A stretch of DNA of 32,000 bases from Cylindrospermopsis raciborskii Cr2010 (GTDB lineage: Bacteria; Cyanobacteriota; Cyanobacteriia; Cyanobacteriales; Nostocaceae). The DNA lies in the NCBI RefSeq assembly GCF_003367075.2, contig NZ_CP065936.1, positions 270,001 to 302,000 on the forward strand, in the 5' to 3' direction. Below the pieces are notes generated by a model. It was not told the origin of the DNA. It did not search any database and saw only the letters and a list, made by a program, of their open reading frames with translations. This document shows, one piece after another, positions 18,264 to 27,272 of this stretch; position 1 is the first letter of the stretch, and each line of letters starts with the position of its first letter. The position numbers were made by a program, and so were the translations under genes.

Positions 18264-19505
18264 CTACATACCCATTGCACATCCGGCTAAATATGCAGTA
18301 GTCCAAGCGCTTTGAAAATTAAATCCCCCCGTAATGCCATCTATATCCAAAATTTCTCCTGCAAAGTATAAACCGGGGACTATCTTACTTTCCATGGTTT
18401 TAAAATCTACCTCTTTTAAGTCTACACCTCCGCAGGTGACAAACTCTTCTTTAAATTCACCTTTACCGGTTATTACATATTCTCCTCTATGGACTTCTTG
18501 TGCTAACTGATTTAACACCTTACTACTTATTTCTGCCCAACGTTCTTCCACACTAATATTTACTCGGTCGATTAAATATTGCCATAGTCGGTGAGGTAAA
18601 TCTACACCACGATGGAGTGCTATGGCTTTTTTCCCCCATTCTTGTTTCACATCTAAAAGCTTTTGTTTTACTTCCTCTAGGGATAAATCTGGCAACCAAT
18701 TAATGTATAATTTCCCCTGGTAGCGGTTTTCGTATAGTAATCTAGCACCATAAGCGGAAAGTTTTAATATTGCAGGTCCGCTCACACCCCAATGGGTAAC
18801 TAATAAAGATCCCGTTTGTTTTAAAACACCTTTTTCCTGTAAAGACAAAGTTAAACTGACAGAATTAACACTAATTCCAGACAAAGACTGTAGTTTAGGA
18901 TCGGTAATTTTGAAACTGAATAGGGAAGGTACCGGACTCTCAATATGGTGTCCTAAAGCGCGAGCAATCTTATAACCAACTAAACCACTACCTGTAGCTA
19001 AAAGCAAGCGATCGCAATACAGGGAATACACATCCCCAGCTGATTTGCAATCAATTTTAAATTGTCCATTCTGACGCTCTACAGAAACCACGGAAGTGCG
19101 AGTTTTTAGTCTTACCCCCCCATGAGCTGCAAACTTAATTAAGCATTCAGCAATAGTTTCAGATCGGTCAGTAATAGGAAAAACCCTTCCATCCGCTTCA
19201 GTCTTTAATTTCACTCCATGTTCCTCAAACCAAGCGATCGTGTCCTGGGGTTGAAATCGACTAAAAGCACCACGTAACGCCTTACTCCCTCTTGGATAAT
19301 TTTGGACTAAATCTTGAGGAACAAAACAGGCATTGGTCACATTACAACGTCCACCACCGGAAATCAGTACCTTAGCAAGGGGTTCCAAACCTGCTTCTAA
19401 GAGGGTGACTTGAGCTTGAGAATTGGTCTTAGTACAGGCGATCGCACCAAAGAATCCCGCTGCTCCACCTCCAACAACCACAATTTCTAATGACGACAAT
19501 TTCAA
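18264..19505 (-). CDS. NAD(P)/FAD-dependent oxidoreductase, HI0933/YhiN (BaiN-like) flavoprotein family
   Basis: 413 aa. VVVGGGAAGFFGAI dinucleotide-binding motif, the SGGGRCNVTN family motif, and C-terminal GEILDIDGITGGFNFQ. Starts at a TTG; no ATG is available before the Rossmann strand. Confidence 0.85.
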   Translation of the reverse strand: MKLSSLEIVVVGGGAAGFFGAIACTKTNSQAQVTLLEAGLEPLAKVLISGGGRCNVTNACFVPQDLVQNYPRGSKALRGAFSRFQPQDTIAWFEEHGVKLKTEADGRVFPITDRSETIAECLIKFAAHGGVRLKTRTSVVSVERQNGQFKIDCKSAGDVYSLYCDRLLLATGSGLVGYKIARALGHHIESPVPSLFSFKITDPKLQSLSGISVNSVSLTLSLQEKGVLKQTGSLLVTHWGVSGPAILKLSAYGARLLYENRYQGKLYINWLPDLSLEEVKQKLLDVKQEWGKKAIALHRGVDLPHRLWQYLIDRVNISVEERWAEISSKVLNQLAQEVHRGEYVITGKGEFKEEFVTCGGVDLKEVDFKTMESKIVPGLYFAGEILDIDGITGGFNFQSAWTTAYLAGCAMGM

Positions 19506-20134
19506 AGCACACCATTCCAGCTATTACAACGGTTCATGGCCTTTTCCACCCCTTGCTTCAAGGTCAATTCCACACATTCCACCACAAATGCCAAAATCGG
19601 ATCAATTAATTTTGCTTCCTGGGGGGAAAACTTTCCCAAAACATGAGAAACCGTATCACCATCATCATTATTGGGTAAATTCTTGGGTTTACCAATACCA
19701 ATACGTAACCGGGGAAAGTTTTGACTATTCAAATGAGAAATAGTGCTTTTCATACCATTGTGTCCACCAGCGGATCCAGATAAACGAAGACGAATCTTTC
19801 CCAAAGGCAAATCCATATCATCATAAATTACCAACACCGATTCAGGTGGCAACTTGTACCAACTAGTAACTGCTTGAATAGACTCACCAGAACGATTCAT
19901 ATAGGTTAGCGGTTTCAAAATCCTAATTTTCTTACTTCCCATCGCTAAACCCTCCCCAAACTGTCCTTGAAACTTCCGATTTTCCGTTACAGGAATATGC
20001 CAATTACGGGAAATAGCATCAATAGCAGCAAAACCAATATTATGTCGTGTTTGGTCATACTTAGGCTCAGGATTGCCTAACCCAACTATGAGCTGGGGAA
20101 TAACCAAAGTAGGTGGAGTAATAACTTCTATCAT
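19502..20134 (-). CDS. pth: Peptidyl-tRNA hydrolase
   Basis: 210 aa. LIVGLGNPEPKYDQTRHNIGF and GGHNGMKS motifs. Confidence 0.95.
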   Translation of the reverse strand: MIEVITPPTLVIPQLIVGLGNPEPKYDQTRHNIGFAAIDAISRNWHIPVTENRKFQGQFGEGLAMGSKKIRILKPLTYMNRSGESIQAVTSWYKLPPESVLVIYDDMDLPLGKIRLRLSGSAGGHNGMKSTISHLNSQNFPRLRIGIGKPKNLPNNDDGDTVSHVLGKFSPQEAKLIDPILAFVVECVELTLKQGVEKAMNRCNSWNGVL

Positions 20135-20141
20135 CCGATTA

Positions 20142-20393
20142 TTAGGAATGCTTCTGCTCCTTACTAGACTCTATTTGTTTCGGTTCAATTTCAGCAGTGG
20201 TCTTAATAGTCTCCTCCAGTTGTTGAACTTCTTTTTTAAACTCATTTTGAAACTCACTAGAAGCTTGTTGGAAACTACGAATAGTTTTGGCCAAGCTGCG
20301 ACCAATTTCCGGTAGTTTCTTGGGTCCAAAAATTAACAAAGCTACCACCCCAATCACAACCATTTCCGGTAGACCAATACCAAATATATTCAT
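20142..20393 (-). CDS. tatA: Twin-arginine translocase subunit TatA/E
   Basis: 83 aa. MNIFGIGLPEMVVIGVVALLIFGPKKLPEIGRSL TM + hinge + amphipathic helix signature. GAGG SD upstream. Confidence 0.9.
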   Translation of the reverse strand: MNIFGIGLPEMVVIGVVALLIFGPKKLPEIGRSLAKTIRSFQQASSEFQNEFKKEVQQLEETIKTTAEIEPKQIESSKEQKHS

Positions 20394-20499
20394 AAAACCT
20401 CACAGTAATTGAACAATTATTTACTTCAACCCTAACAGATTAGACATAAAACTGCTTGTACTTTGACAATCATTTTTGGAGCAGCAAAAATGCAAGGAA

Positions 20500-20535
20500 T
20501 CCGTCCCCGCTACTTGAGTAGTAACCGGAGACGGA
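20500..20535 (-). terminator. Imperfect stem-loop downstream of psbH (terminator candidate)
   Basis: Minus strand reads TCCGTCTCCGG…CTAC-TCAA-GTAG…CGGGGACGGA, followed by TTCCTTGCATTTTT. It starts about 37 nt after the psbH stop. Confidence 0.3.
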
Positions 20536-20572
20536 AATTTCAACCTAAGTTTTTGATTGACATGGATAGAAA

Positions 20573-20776
20573 TCAGCCACCCAAACTGCGCCAGTCTACA
20601 AGCACGTCTTGAATCAACAAAGATTTGTTGTAGACCTGCAGAATAATAAGCAAGAATACGAAAAACAAACCCATAAAAACAGCCATTAAAGGAGTTGTAC
20701 CCCAACCAGGAGCTACCTTACCATATTCAGCGTTTAAGGGTCTGAGGATATCTCCCAATTTAGTCCGTTGTGCCAT
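20573..20776 (-). CDS. psbH: Photosystem II reaction centre protein H
   Basis: 67 aa. [31 protein letters not shown]… plus a single TM helix, a near-canonical PsbH sequence. Confidence 0.97.
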   Translation of the reverse strand: MAQRTKLGDILRPLNAEYGKVAPGWGTTPLMAVFMGLFFVFLLIILQVYNKSLLIQDVLVDWRSLGG

Positions 20777-20942
20777 AGTTCACCTAAGATCAGTTGCCAA
20801 AACTTTTTTTTAATTTTCTTATTCCCTATTGTAGGGTGCTGCAATATTTCAGCAGTATTGTAACCTTACATGGGATAATTCTGACTATGAAGATAATACC
20901 ACTATCCGGGTCACGTAGTTGACTGTTCTGTAGGAAAACTGA

Positions 20943-20984
20943 AAGTTTTGTAATTCAGGTTTAATTAGAGTTAAGTTTTGTAAT
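20943..20984. repeat. Exact 12-nt direct repeat AAGTTTTGTAAT x2, 30-nt offset, upstream of psbN
   Basis: Copies at 20943-20954 and 20973-20984, read directly from the sequence. Confidence 0.9.
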
Positions 20985-21020
20985 ATATTATAACATATCT
21001 CATAACATAACTTTAAAATC

Positions 21021-21158
21021 ATGGACTTAGACCCCGGTTTAGTGCTAGGTGTTTCCTTTAGTGCCATTCTCGTTGCTATCACTGCTATGGCCATATACAC
21101 ATCCTTCGGCCCACCCAGTAAAGAACTAGCAGATCCTTTTGAGGATCATGAGGATTAG
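21021..21158 (+). CDS. psbN: Photosystem II assembly protein PsbN
   Basis: ATG at 21021, 45 codons, TAG at 21156-21158. Translation [45 protein letters not shown] has one TM helix and the conserved [16 protein letters not shown] tail. Divergent from psbH as in other cyanobacteria and plastids. Missed by the ORF track because it is under 60 aa. Confidence 0.9.
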   Translation: MDLDPGLVLGVSFSAILVAITAMAIYTSFGPPSKELADPFEDHED

Positions 21159-21178
21159 AAGCACAATCAAGAATAGAT

Positions 21179-21198
21179 AAGGGGGTTTTATCCCCTTT
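21179..21198. terminator. Short GC hairpin between convergent psbN and the alpha-mannosidase gene (possible bidirectional terminator)
   Basis: AAGGGG-GTTTTAT-CCCCTT followed by T on the plus strand. It lies 21 nt after the psbN stop and 15 nt after the mannosidase stop. Confidence 0.35.
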
Positions 21199-21212
21199 CT
21201 ACTGAGGCAAGT

Positions 21213-24200
21213 TTATACTTCCCGAGTGAGAACCTGAAACGTGCTGATTTTCCAGGGTGCAATTGGGTTGACGACAGCGGGATAGATATTTCTTTCTAAT
21301 AAATCAAGCGGGTTACCCAAGGTAAAAAATTCACTTTTTAAATTTAGGGTTGGTAAGTTTGCGGATTGACCATGACATTCATAAAATCTTAGAATAAAGC
21401 TTTGTGGATGGTTTTCGCTGACCTTAAAAGCTGTGATAATCAAATTATCTGCTGCTAGTGTGAGGAAACTGTTGTTTTTAAAAACTGGTGATGGTGATTT
21501 TTTAGTTTCGGGATCGAGAAGTACATTTAATGGTATATTGAAGTCGTATGCTCTTCTGACAGTTTCTGCTGCTTGCCAACCACCGGTATGGGGATATAAA
21601 GCATAATTGAACTGATGTTCTCCCCGATCTGCTTGAGGGTCTGGCCAGTGGGGACTTCTTAATAAAGTCAACCGCATTTGATTACCCTTGATGTCATATC
21701 CATATTTACAGTCATTTAGTAAACTTACACCGTAGTTTCCAGTATTTGTATCTGCTGTCAAATCTGCCCATTTTAAAGCGGGTACTTCCCATTTCGCCTG
21801 TTCTGATGGTGTGTGGGGATTAGTAGGACGACGGATGACCCCACAGGGTATTTCATAGGTAGCAATGTCGCTGTTGAGATTTAAAAGAAAAGAGGTTTTC
21901 ACCAATACTTGATCTTCTTGCCAATTTACACTGTTCTCAATTTTAAGGATTGGGCAATTGGTTTGTAAAACATAATCTTGGGTAAATTCGGACTTGCCAA
22001 TTTGACGTACAACTCGTAACCTTTGTTGGATAATACCCTTTTCTAACCATTCAATCGACTCTAATTTAGCAGGTGGTAGAGGTTTAGATTCATAATCTGG
22101 GTCAATATTCCAAGCATCCCAGTATTGTCCTTTATCCGCAAATGCTTGTAGCTGGTTTCCTGCTCCTTGCAGAACCTCTCGAAATTGGATTTTGTCAAAT
22201 ACACTTTCTAGATCTCCCGTTTGTGAATTGACCCTAACTAGTAAATATTCATTTTCCAGATAAAATTCTAAACAAAACTCTTCCCCACATTTGTTTTCAT
22301 CCACATCCCCGGGAGAAAGCCAATATATTTGATATCCTATGGAAGGGATAGTAGGAATAAACAATAAACCATCCCTGGTTATTTGATATGGTAGCTGATT
22401 ACCATCGAAGTCGTGAATTAACCAATGTTGAGGATGGGGAGGTTTGATCTTAACCACTTCCGAACGCTCCCAATTGAGTGAGTTAAAGATAATTACCGGA
22501 ATGCTGTCAGGTTGAGGAGGTTCGGGCAAATTTATATTCCAGGCGATCGCTCTTAGTGATCTATCTAGGAGAGTAGATCCTAACTGTTGAACTTGTTGCC
22601 ATTCTGGTAAAGCATCATGGTAAACTTGGGTGATGGAAGAACCGGGTAAAATGTCGTGAAACTGGTGAAATAAAACCTTTTTCCAAGCGGTTTCTAGTTC
22701 TGTTTTGGGATAGGGTAAACCATAAACAGCAGTAGCAAGGGTGGAGAATAATTCCGCTTGATATAAGAGATTTTCACATTGACGATTCCATCTTTTCTGA
22801 TCCGCATGGGTGGTATAGCATCCTCGATGAAATTGTAGATATAATTCATCTTGCCATACTGGCAATTTCTCTGGAAGAATTGCCACAGAAGATTTGAGAT
22901 ATTGCCAATAATTTTCGGCGGTGGAAAATTCTATTTCTGGAAAAATGGGGGAATCCTTCCACCTTCTTGCAAGTTCCAACATATCACGAGTCGGTCCACC
23001 ACCATGGTCTCCTACACCAGGTAACCAAAGAGCATTTACTAAACCGGTTTTAGTTTCCCATGTAGATAGATAATCAGTCATTTTGACTGGATCTATAGTT
23101 TCCCCAATGGGTGGTGACATGTAACTTAATATTTGACTACCATCGGGAGATTGCCACCAAAATAAATCATAATCAAATTGACTGGTATCATTCCAGCGGA
23201 GCTTTTGGGTGACAAAGAATTCAATCCCTGCTTGAGTGAGAAACCCAGGCAAAGTTCCACAAAAACCGAAAGTATCAGGAACCCACACTATCGGTGATAT
23301 TTTTCCAAATTTTTCTAGAAAATAAAGCTGACCATATAACAGTTGTCTAACTATTGATTCCCCCGAAATCAAATTCAAATCTGGTTCTACCCAAAAACCA
23401 CCTAACACTTCCCATTTTCCTAATTTTACCTGGGTCTGAATTTGAGTAAATAACCAAGACTGATGTTCCTCCATCCACGCATATAAAGCTGGTGTGGTAT
23501 GACAAAAAATTAACTCAGAAAATTCCGTTTGTAATTTTAATACGGACTCAAAAGTTCTTTGTGCTGCTTTCCAAGTTTCTTGGACTGGCCATAGCCATGC
23601 TAAGTCTAAATGGGCATGACCTACTAAAAATAGTTTATTATCTTTAATACTTGTTAACTGGTCTATTCTCAAATAGGTTTGACGAATCTTTTCTAACAAG
23701 CTCTTCCAGTCTGATTGTGTTTTTATACCACAGCTAAAATTTATTAACTCTTCTACTTCTGTTACTAGTCTATTCCACTCCGTTGATGAAAGATTTTTTC
23801 CCCTAGTTTGGGCGATCGCCAACTCATTAGCTATAAGACCAGGATCTATATCATCCCCCGATTCAAAAATCATCTGGGAGTGCATCAAAGCTCCATCACA
23901 ATGTCCAGGACTTACCAACCGCAATACAATAAAAAACTCATCTTTTGGTTTTACCTCTTGACTTAAAAGCAACCGTGGGGAACAATCAAATAAATCACCC
24001 GTTGACAATAAATTACCATTGAGATAAACCTCAACCGCATCCGCCCACCAAGTTAGAGATAAGCGCGCACATAAACCACTTAAAGGATAATCATATAAGC
24101 TTTCTGGCACAGTGAACTTTTGTCCTAACCAAAGTATGTGCTTTCCTTGATTCCAACCCACCTGTTGTTTGTCATTTAACTGTATGGGTTGCCAATGGAG

Positions 24201-24347
24201 GAGGTTTGATTGTATTACATCGGTAATTTCTAGGTCACCTCGCCAACACACCCAGGATGAAAGTATATTAACTTGACAGTGGGAGTGTAATTGTTCAATT
24301 TTGTCTGAGAGGGACTGACTGTGTGTTGGGGGGGTGGGATAATTCAT
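21213..24347 (-). CDS. Glycoside hydrolase family 38 alpha-mannosidase
   Basis: 1044 aa. GH38 N-terminal catalytic signature LVGHAHLDLAWLW, downstream …PDTFGF… and …GVGDHGGGP… motifs, and a large C-terminal beta-sandwich region. No signal peptide. Confidence 0.9.
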   Translation of the reverse strand: MNYPTPPTHSQSLSDKIEQLHSHCQVNILSSWVCWRGDLEITDVIQSNLLHWQPIQLNDKQQVGWNQGKHILWLGQKFTVPESLYDYPLSGLCARLSLTWWADAVEVYLNGNLLSTGDLFDCSPRLLLSQEVKPKDEFFIVLRLVSPGHCDGALMHSQMIFESGDDIDPGLIANELAIAQTRGKNLSSTEWNRLVTEVEELINFSCGIKTQSDWKSLLEKIRQTYLRIDQLTSIKDNKLFLVGHAHLDLAWLWPVQETWKAAQRTFESVLKLQTEFSELIFCHTTPALYAWMEEHQSWLFTQIQTQVKLGKWEVLGGFWVEPDLNLISGESIVRQLLYGQLYFLEKFGKISPIVWVPDTFGFCGTLPGFLTQAGIEFFVTQKLRWNDTSQFDYDLFWWQSPDGSQILSYMSPPIGETIDPVKMTDYLSTWETKTGLVNALWLPGVGDHGGGPTRDMLELARRWKDSPIFPEIEFSTAENYWQYLKSSVAILPEKLPVWQDELYLQFHRGCYTTHADQKRWNRQCENLLYQAELFSTLATAVYGLPYPKTELETAWKKVLFHQFHDILPGSSITQVYHDALPEWQQVQQLGSTLLDRSLRAIAWNINLPEPPQPDSIPVIIFNSLNWERSEVVKIKPPHPQHWLIHDFDGNQLPYQITRDGLLFIPTIPSIGYQIYWLSPGDVDENKCGEEFCLEFYLENEYLLVRVNSQTGDLESVFDKIQFREVLQGAGNQLQAFADKGQYWDAWNIDPDYESKPLPPAKLESIEWLEKGIIQQRLRVVRQIGKSEFTQDYVLQTNCPILKIENSVNWQEDQVLVKTSFLLNLNSDIATYEIPCGVIRRPTNPHTPSEQAKWEVPALKWADLTADTNTGNYGVSLLNDCKYGYDIKGNQMRLTLLRSPHWPDPQADRGEHQFNYALYPHTGGWQAAETVRRAYDFNIPLNVLLDPETKKSPSPVFKNNSFLTLAADNLIITAFKVSENHPQSFILRFYECHGQSANLPTLNLKSEFFTLGNPLDLLERNIYPAVVNPIAPWKISTFQVLTREV

Positions 24348-24384
24348 AAAAGCAAACCCTAATTAACTAATAAATAAACTCGCA

Positions 24385-25587
24385 ATGTCCTCCGGTTCCT
24401 CTAGTCCTTATCAAAGCCAAGTATTTAAATTTTTCAGTCACCAGTCTCGTCGGTTGTCCCAAAAATTGAGAGGTGCTTTCCGCAATTTACAGTTGGCAAC
24501 AAAATGGGGGGCGGAGGCTTTGCTTTACCCGCTTCATAAGTCATTACAACCTGATGAACCAGTGGGGAAAAGACTGAAAACTTTGTACCCCCCTTTGGAT
24601 GACCATACATCAATGGAATCACCAATTGTAAAAGTATTGGAACTGGTCAGGAGTTTACCATCTGCAGCTACTTGGGAATCGGAAAATTTACAAAATGTCA
24701 AATCCTCGGGTTGGTTTGGTGGAATTGTGCAAAAGTTGACCGGAGGTGCAAAAGATGACCAGTCTGTAAAAAGTAAGACATTACAGTCTCATATTCCTAA
24801 GATAGAAGCAATTGCGGTTAATTTAACAAGTCGTGATTTGGTACTTGTGGGGGAAAACAATAAGGTTTTTGATGTTTTAACACCTATACAACAAAAGCAA
24901 ATTGCTAATAGCATTGAGGAGCAGATAAATAACTATTCTAACAGTAATGTGGAGATTCTAGCTGATCTCCTTCCGCGTGTATTCTCTTATTCACTGGTTT
25001 TGGCATCTAAATGTTTGAAACTTGTAGATACAATGCTGGTTAAAATAGAACATCAAGCTCAGTTACCAGCTAATGTGTCTGTTGGGAGTGCCAATGTTTT
25101 GGTCTTAATTCAATCTGTCATAGGTTACATTTTTGAAACTAGACAAATTACCTTAATGGGTGAAGAAACTGCTCCTGTTCTCCCTCACGAACTCACGACC
25201 AGTGCCAGGTTTTCTCCTAGCTGGGAACAAGTACAGACATCCCATGTTGGGGAAGTTAAGGAAGATTGTTGGTTAACATGGGAGGATTTATTTGGGAGCG
25301 ATTTTTCTGATGGTGATTCGCGTCAACCCCGACAAATGTCTAGTTATGGTAAAAATTATCAAACTCAAGAAAGTGACCTCAAATTAGGAAGAGAACAAAA
25401 TAATTATCCATACCACTATTATCAATTCAAGCCTGATTGGATAGAAATCAAAGCCACATTTATTGGTTATGAAAAACACCCATTGGAGCAGATTTTAACC
25501 TGGCTAGATCATCTAATGCTATGGATAGAAATCATATTCACCAGCATATTTTATTTTTGCAAGGGGTTGTTAGAATTGGAGCAATGA
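24385..25587 (+). CDS. Hypothetical protein (400 aa) with a C-terminal hydrophobic tail
   Basis: Long ATG-initiated ORF with no competing frame and a hydrophobic C-terminus LMLWIEIIFTSIFYFCKGLL. No family recognised. Ends 21 nt upstream of the M23 peptidase gene. Confidence 0.7.
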   Translation: MSSGSSSPYQSQVFKFFSHQSRRLSQKLRGAFRNLQLATKWGAEALLYPLHKSLQPDEPVGKRLKTLYPPLDDHTSMESPIVKVLELVRSLPSAATWESENLQNVKSSGWFGGIVQKLTGGAKDDQSVKSKTLQSHIPKIEAIAVNLTSRDLVLVGENNKVFDVLTPIQQKQIANSIEEQINNYSNSNVEILADLLPRVFSYSLVLASKCLKLVDTMLVKIEHQAQLPANVSVGSANVLVLIQSVIGYIFETRQITLMGEETAPVLPHELTTSARFSPSWEQVQTSHVGEVKEDCWLTWEDLFGSDFSDGDSRQPRQMSSYGKNYQTQESDLKLGREQNNYPYHYYQFKPDWIEIKATFIGYEKHPLEQILTWLDHLMLWIEIIFTSIFYFCKGLLELEQ

Positions 25588-25608
25588 TTTTTAAAAACTG
25601 TCACCAGG

Positions 25609-26538
25609 TTGAAATTGATGAATACTTACCATAAGTTGCGGGTGATTAATCTCACCAGTCTAGGCAAGGTTATCACGGGAATATTGGCAATTACTCCCCT
25701 AGCTTGCATCCCGTCAGCAAAAGCATTAGAGGTGCAAATTTTACCACAAACGGTAAAATTGGGAGATACAATCTCAGTATTAATTAAGCCCGATGCGGAA
25801 CAAACTCTAAATACTGATATCCAAAATCTTATAAAACCTAGTGTTAAAGTTGATGAAAACACATATCCAGCTTTTGCGATCGCACCAAATACCTATCGTT
25901 CCCTGATTCCTACTACCCCCCTAGAAAAACCAGGAATAAGAAAAATTACAATACTAGTGGGGGGACAAGAGGAAAAAAAATTAGAGGTAATAGTAGGTAA
26001 TAGGAAATTTCCGTTACAGAGGATCAACCTACCACCAGGAAAAGCAGGAGTAAAAGCCACAGAATATGAACTAGCTCGTGTAAAACAGTTAAAGGAACTA
26101 CAAACACCAGAAAAATACTGGAATGGAGTGTTTCTCAATCCCAATAAAGGGAGGATGAGCACGAGATATGGTGTCAGACGGTACTACAATGGCGTATTTG
26201 CCCAAGATTACTATCATCGAGGGTTAGACTATGCAGGTGCAGCAGGTTCAGCAGTAATTGCACCAGCAGCGGGGAGAGTAGCATTAGTGGGGAAGGTATC
26301 CCAGGGGTTTAGGGTTCATGGGAACGTGGTGGGTATTGACCATGGTCAGGGAGTAACCAGCATTTTCCTCCACTTGAACCGAATTAATGTGAAAGAGGGT
26401 GATTTTGTCCAAGCTGGCAACCTCATCGGTACTGTGGGTTCCACAGGTGCTTCTACTGGTCCCCATTTACATTGGGGTTTATATGTCAATGGCAAATCCA
26501 TTGATCCTATATTTTGGAAAACCAAAACTATTGATTAG
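25609..26538 (+). CDS. M23 family zinc metallopeptidase (peptidoglycan endopeptidase)
   Basis: 309 aa. HRGLD (HxxxD) and GPHLHWG (HxH) zinc-ligand motifs. Signal-like N-terminus ending …PSAKA. TTG at 25609 or ATG at 25618 as the start. Confidence 0.9.
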   Translation: MKLMNTYHKLRVINLTSLGKVITGILAITPLACIPSAKALEVQILPQTVKLGDTISVLIKPDAEQTLNTDIQNLIKPSVKVDENTYPAFAIAPNTYRSLIPTTPLEKPGIRKITILVGGQEEKKLEVIVGNRKFPLQRINLPPGKAGVKATEYELARVKQLKELQTPEKYWNGVFLNPNKGRMSTRYGVRRYYNGVFAQDYYHRGLDYAGAAGSAVIAPAAGRVALVGKVSQGFRVHGNVVGIDHGQGVTSIFLHLNRINVKEGDFVQAGNLIGTVGSTGASTGPHLHWGLYVNGKSIDPIFWKTKTID

Positions 26539-27272
26539 TGGCGTACTGATACAGGAGTGCCCAAGTCCACTTGTTCATATAACATTCTTACATCAGGGTT
26601 ACGCATCCTCAAACAACCATGGGACACAGCACCACCAATCAAATCCTTATTAGGTGTGCCATGGAAACCAATTTCATTCTTACCGTCTGACCAAAAACCA
26701 ATCCATCGATCTCCCAGGGGACTATCCGTCCCCGCTTCAAATATTTTCCCCGTAATTGGATGTTTCCAAATAGGGTGATGCTCCTTATGTATAACTTTAA
26801 AAGTACCCGTGGGAGTCTCCCAACCCTTTTTACCAACTGCAATTGGGTAACTAGCCACCACCTGGTCATAACGATAAACATAAACCCGGCGATCGCTCAA
26901 ATCGACGACCACATCACTTTGGTTATTTCCCGCTCCGGGAGATGGAGAGTCATTTCCACCACCAAAGAAAAAGCCTTTTAACCCACTATTTGTTTTGTTT
27001 TGTTGTGTAGGGACTACCAATCTTGTGTTTTTTTCCCCATCACCAGAATTAGATGAAGAGTTCATATCAGCACCCAAAGCACTATCTCCAATAGTAATAC
27101 CCGAAGAGAAATCCGGATTGTGCTCATTAGAATTGATATTTGTTCGCAGTATCATGGAAGGGGAATTATTGGACTCATTTGTAAAGGTATACCAATAGAA
27201 AACGAGAGAAACAATGGACGTGCCTAAGCAGAGTAACATAAGCATGGGTAGTAAAGGTTTTTTCTTTGCCAT
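26535..27272 (-). CDS. L,D-transpeptidase (YkuD domain)
   Basis: 245 aa. N-terminal TM anchor, a Ser/Asn/Gly-rich linker, and a YkuD catalytic region …IGFHGTPN…VSHGCLRMRN… (His/Cys). Confidence 0.9.
   Translation of the reverse strand: MAKKKPLLPMLMLLCLGTSIVSLVFYWYTFTNESNNSPSMILRTNINSNEHNPDFSSGITIGDSALGADMNSSSNSGDGEKNTRLVVPTQQNKTNSGLKGFFFGGGNDSPSPGAGNNQSDVVVDLSDRRVYVYRYDQVVASYPIAVGKKGWETPTGTFKVIHKEHHPIWKHPITGKIFEAGTDSPLGDRWIGFWSDGKNEIGFHGTPNKDLIGGAVSHGCLRMRNPDVRMLYEQVDLGTPVSVRH

Noticed and set aside
16923-20315. Plus-strand ORFs 16923..17105, 19423..19743 and 20073..20315
   Set aside because: They are antisense shadows of the GTPase-like gene, the flavoprotein/pth genes and the pth/tatA genes respectively.
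20859-20984. Canonical RpaB HLR1 element in the psbH-psbN spacer
   Set aside because: Only isolated TTACA-containing half-site look-alikes are present. No pair of 8-nt direct repeats separated by 2 nt exists, so I report the repeats without assigning them to RpaB.
20421-21100. Minus-strand ORFs 20421..20705 (overlapping psbH out of frame) and 20885..21100 (antisense to psbN)
   Set aside because: psbH and psbN are unambiguous, and these ORFs have implausible sequences. I also translated the tatA-psbH gap looking for another small PSII gene and found only ORFs of 13 codons or fewer.
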